A stretch of DNA of 63,772 bases, filler included, from Sphacelaria rigidula (taxonomy: Eukaryota): assembly GCA_964200075.2 (NCBI GenBank). It is 11 parts of 11 records of this genome, joined end to end, with 100 filler letters (N's around TTAATTAATTAA, not from the genome) between each part and the next. Parts side by side here need not be neighbours in the genome. Positions count along the whole stretch, not along the records: positions 58,067 to 63,772 come from CAXNAA020025106.1; 10 more parts are not named here. One strand, 5' to 3'. The notes below the pieces were generated by a model. It saw only the letters and a program-made list of their open reading frames with translations. It was not told the DNA's origin and made no database searches. The first letter of the stretch is position 1; each line of letters starts with the position of its first letter. This document shows positions 63,453-63,772 of this stretch, piece after piece. The position numbers were made by a program, and so were the translations under genes.

Positions 63453-63563
63453 GCGATGCCCCTGAAGACGGAGGACCCGATGCAGTTCTACACGGATATG
63501 AAGAAGCTTGGCCAGGGCGCGAGCGGGACGGTGTTCGTGGGGACAGACGTCCGAAATGGGGAG
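63453..63563 (+). CDS. PAK: PAK/STE20 kinase exon: kinase subdomain I
   Basis: tatag|GCG...GAG|gtgtgt, 111 bp; EDPMQFYTDMKKLGQGASGTVFVG carries the PAK-typical GQGASGTV. Confidence 0.92.
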
Positions 63564-63772
63564 GTGTGTGCGTGTGTGCGCGGGCGCGCGTGCGTTCGTG
63601 TTCTAGTATCCCTTCCATAATAGTATGCTCTGATTGACCGTGATCGGTGAAGTTGGAATTCTCTCGTCCCGTGATAGCGGGGGGGGGGGGGGGGGGGGGG
63701 GGTATTCTTTGTTTGTTGGCTGGGGGGGTGGGGGCAGTGCCCACCCCTTGCCTGGGCACCGGGCCCGCAGAC

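Overview
Eukaryotic, intron-rich, repeat-rich genomic DNA, most likely from a brown alga (Phaeophyceae). That assignment is inferred from a brown-algal-type single-TPR exon, GC-rich exons in long introns and the repeat landscape. The window is NOT one locus: it is 11 unrelated contigs of 5706-5707 bp joined by ten artificial 100-bp N/TTAATTAATTAA linkers. Exons I could reconstruct with in-phase GT-AG junctions: the last two exons of GDP-mannose 3,5-epimerase (contig 1); three exons of an unusual KH-linker-SAM-(RING start) protein (contig 3); and four exons of a PAK/STE20 kinase with two tandem CRIB motifs (contig 11). Single exons: a large 2-TM Gly-rich exon (contig 6) and a terminal TPR exon of NB-ARC-TPR type (contig 9). 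Contig 7 is a decayed Ty3/Gypsy gag-pol. Contig 2 holds a decayed, compact, intronless ORF run with ATGA overlaps that looks like an endogenous viral relic. The remainder is non-autonomous transposons (hAT-like with 8-bp TSD, Tc1/mariner-like with TA, 4-bp-TSD families, an abundant poly-G-terminated TIR family), tRNA-derived SINE copies, satellites and microsatellites. Most ORFs in the supplied track are spurious.
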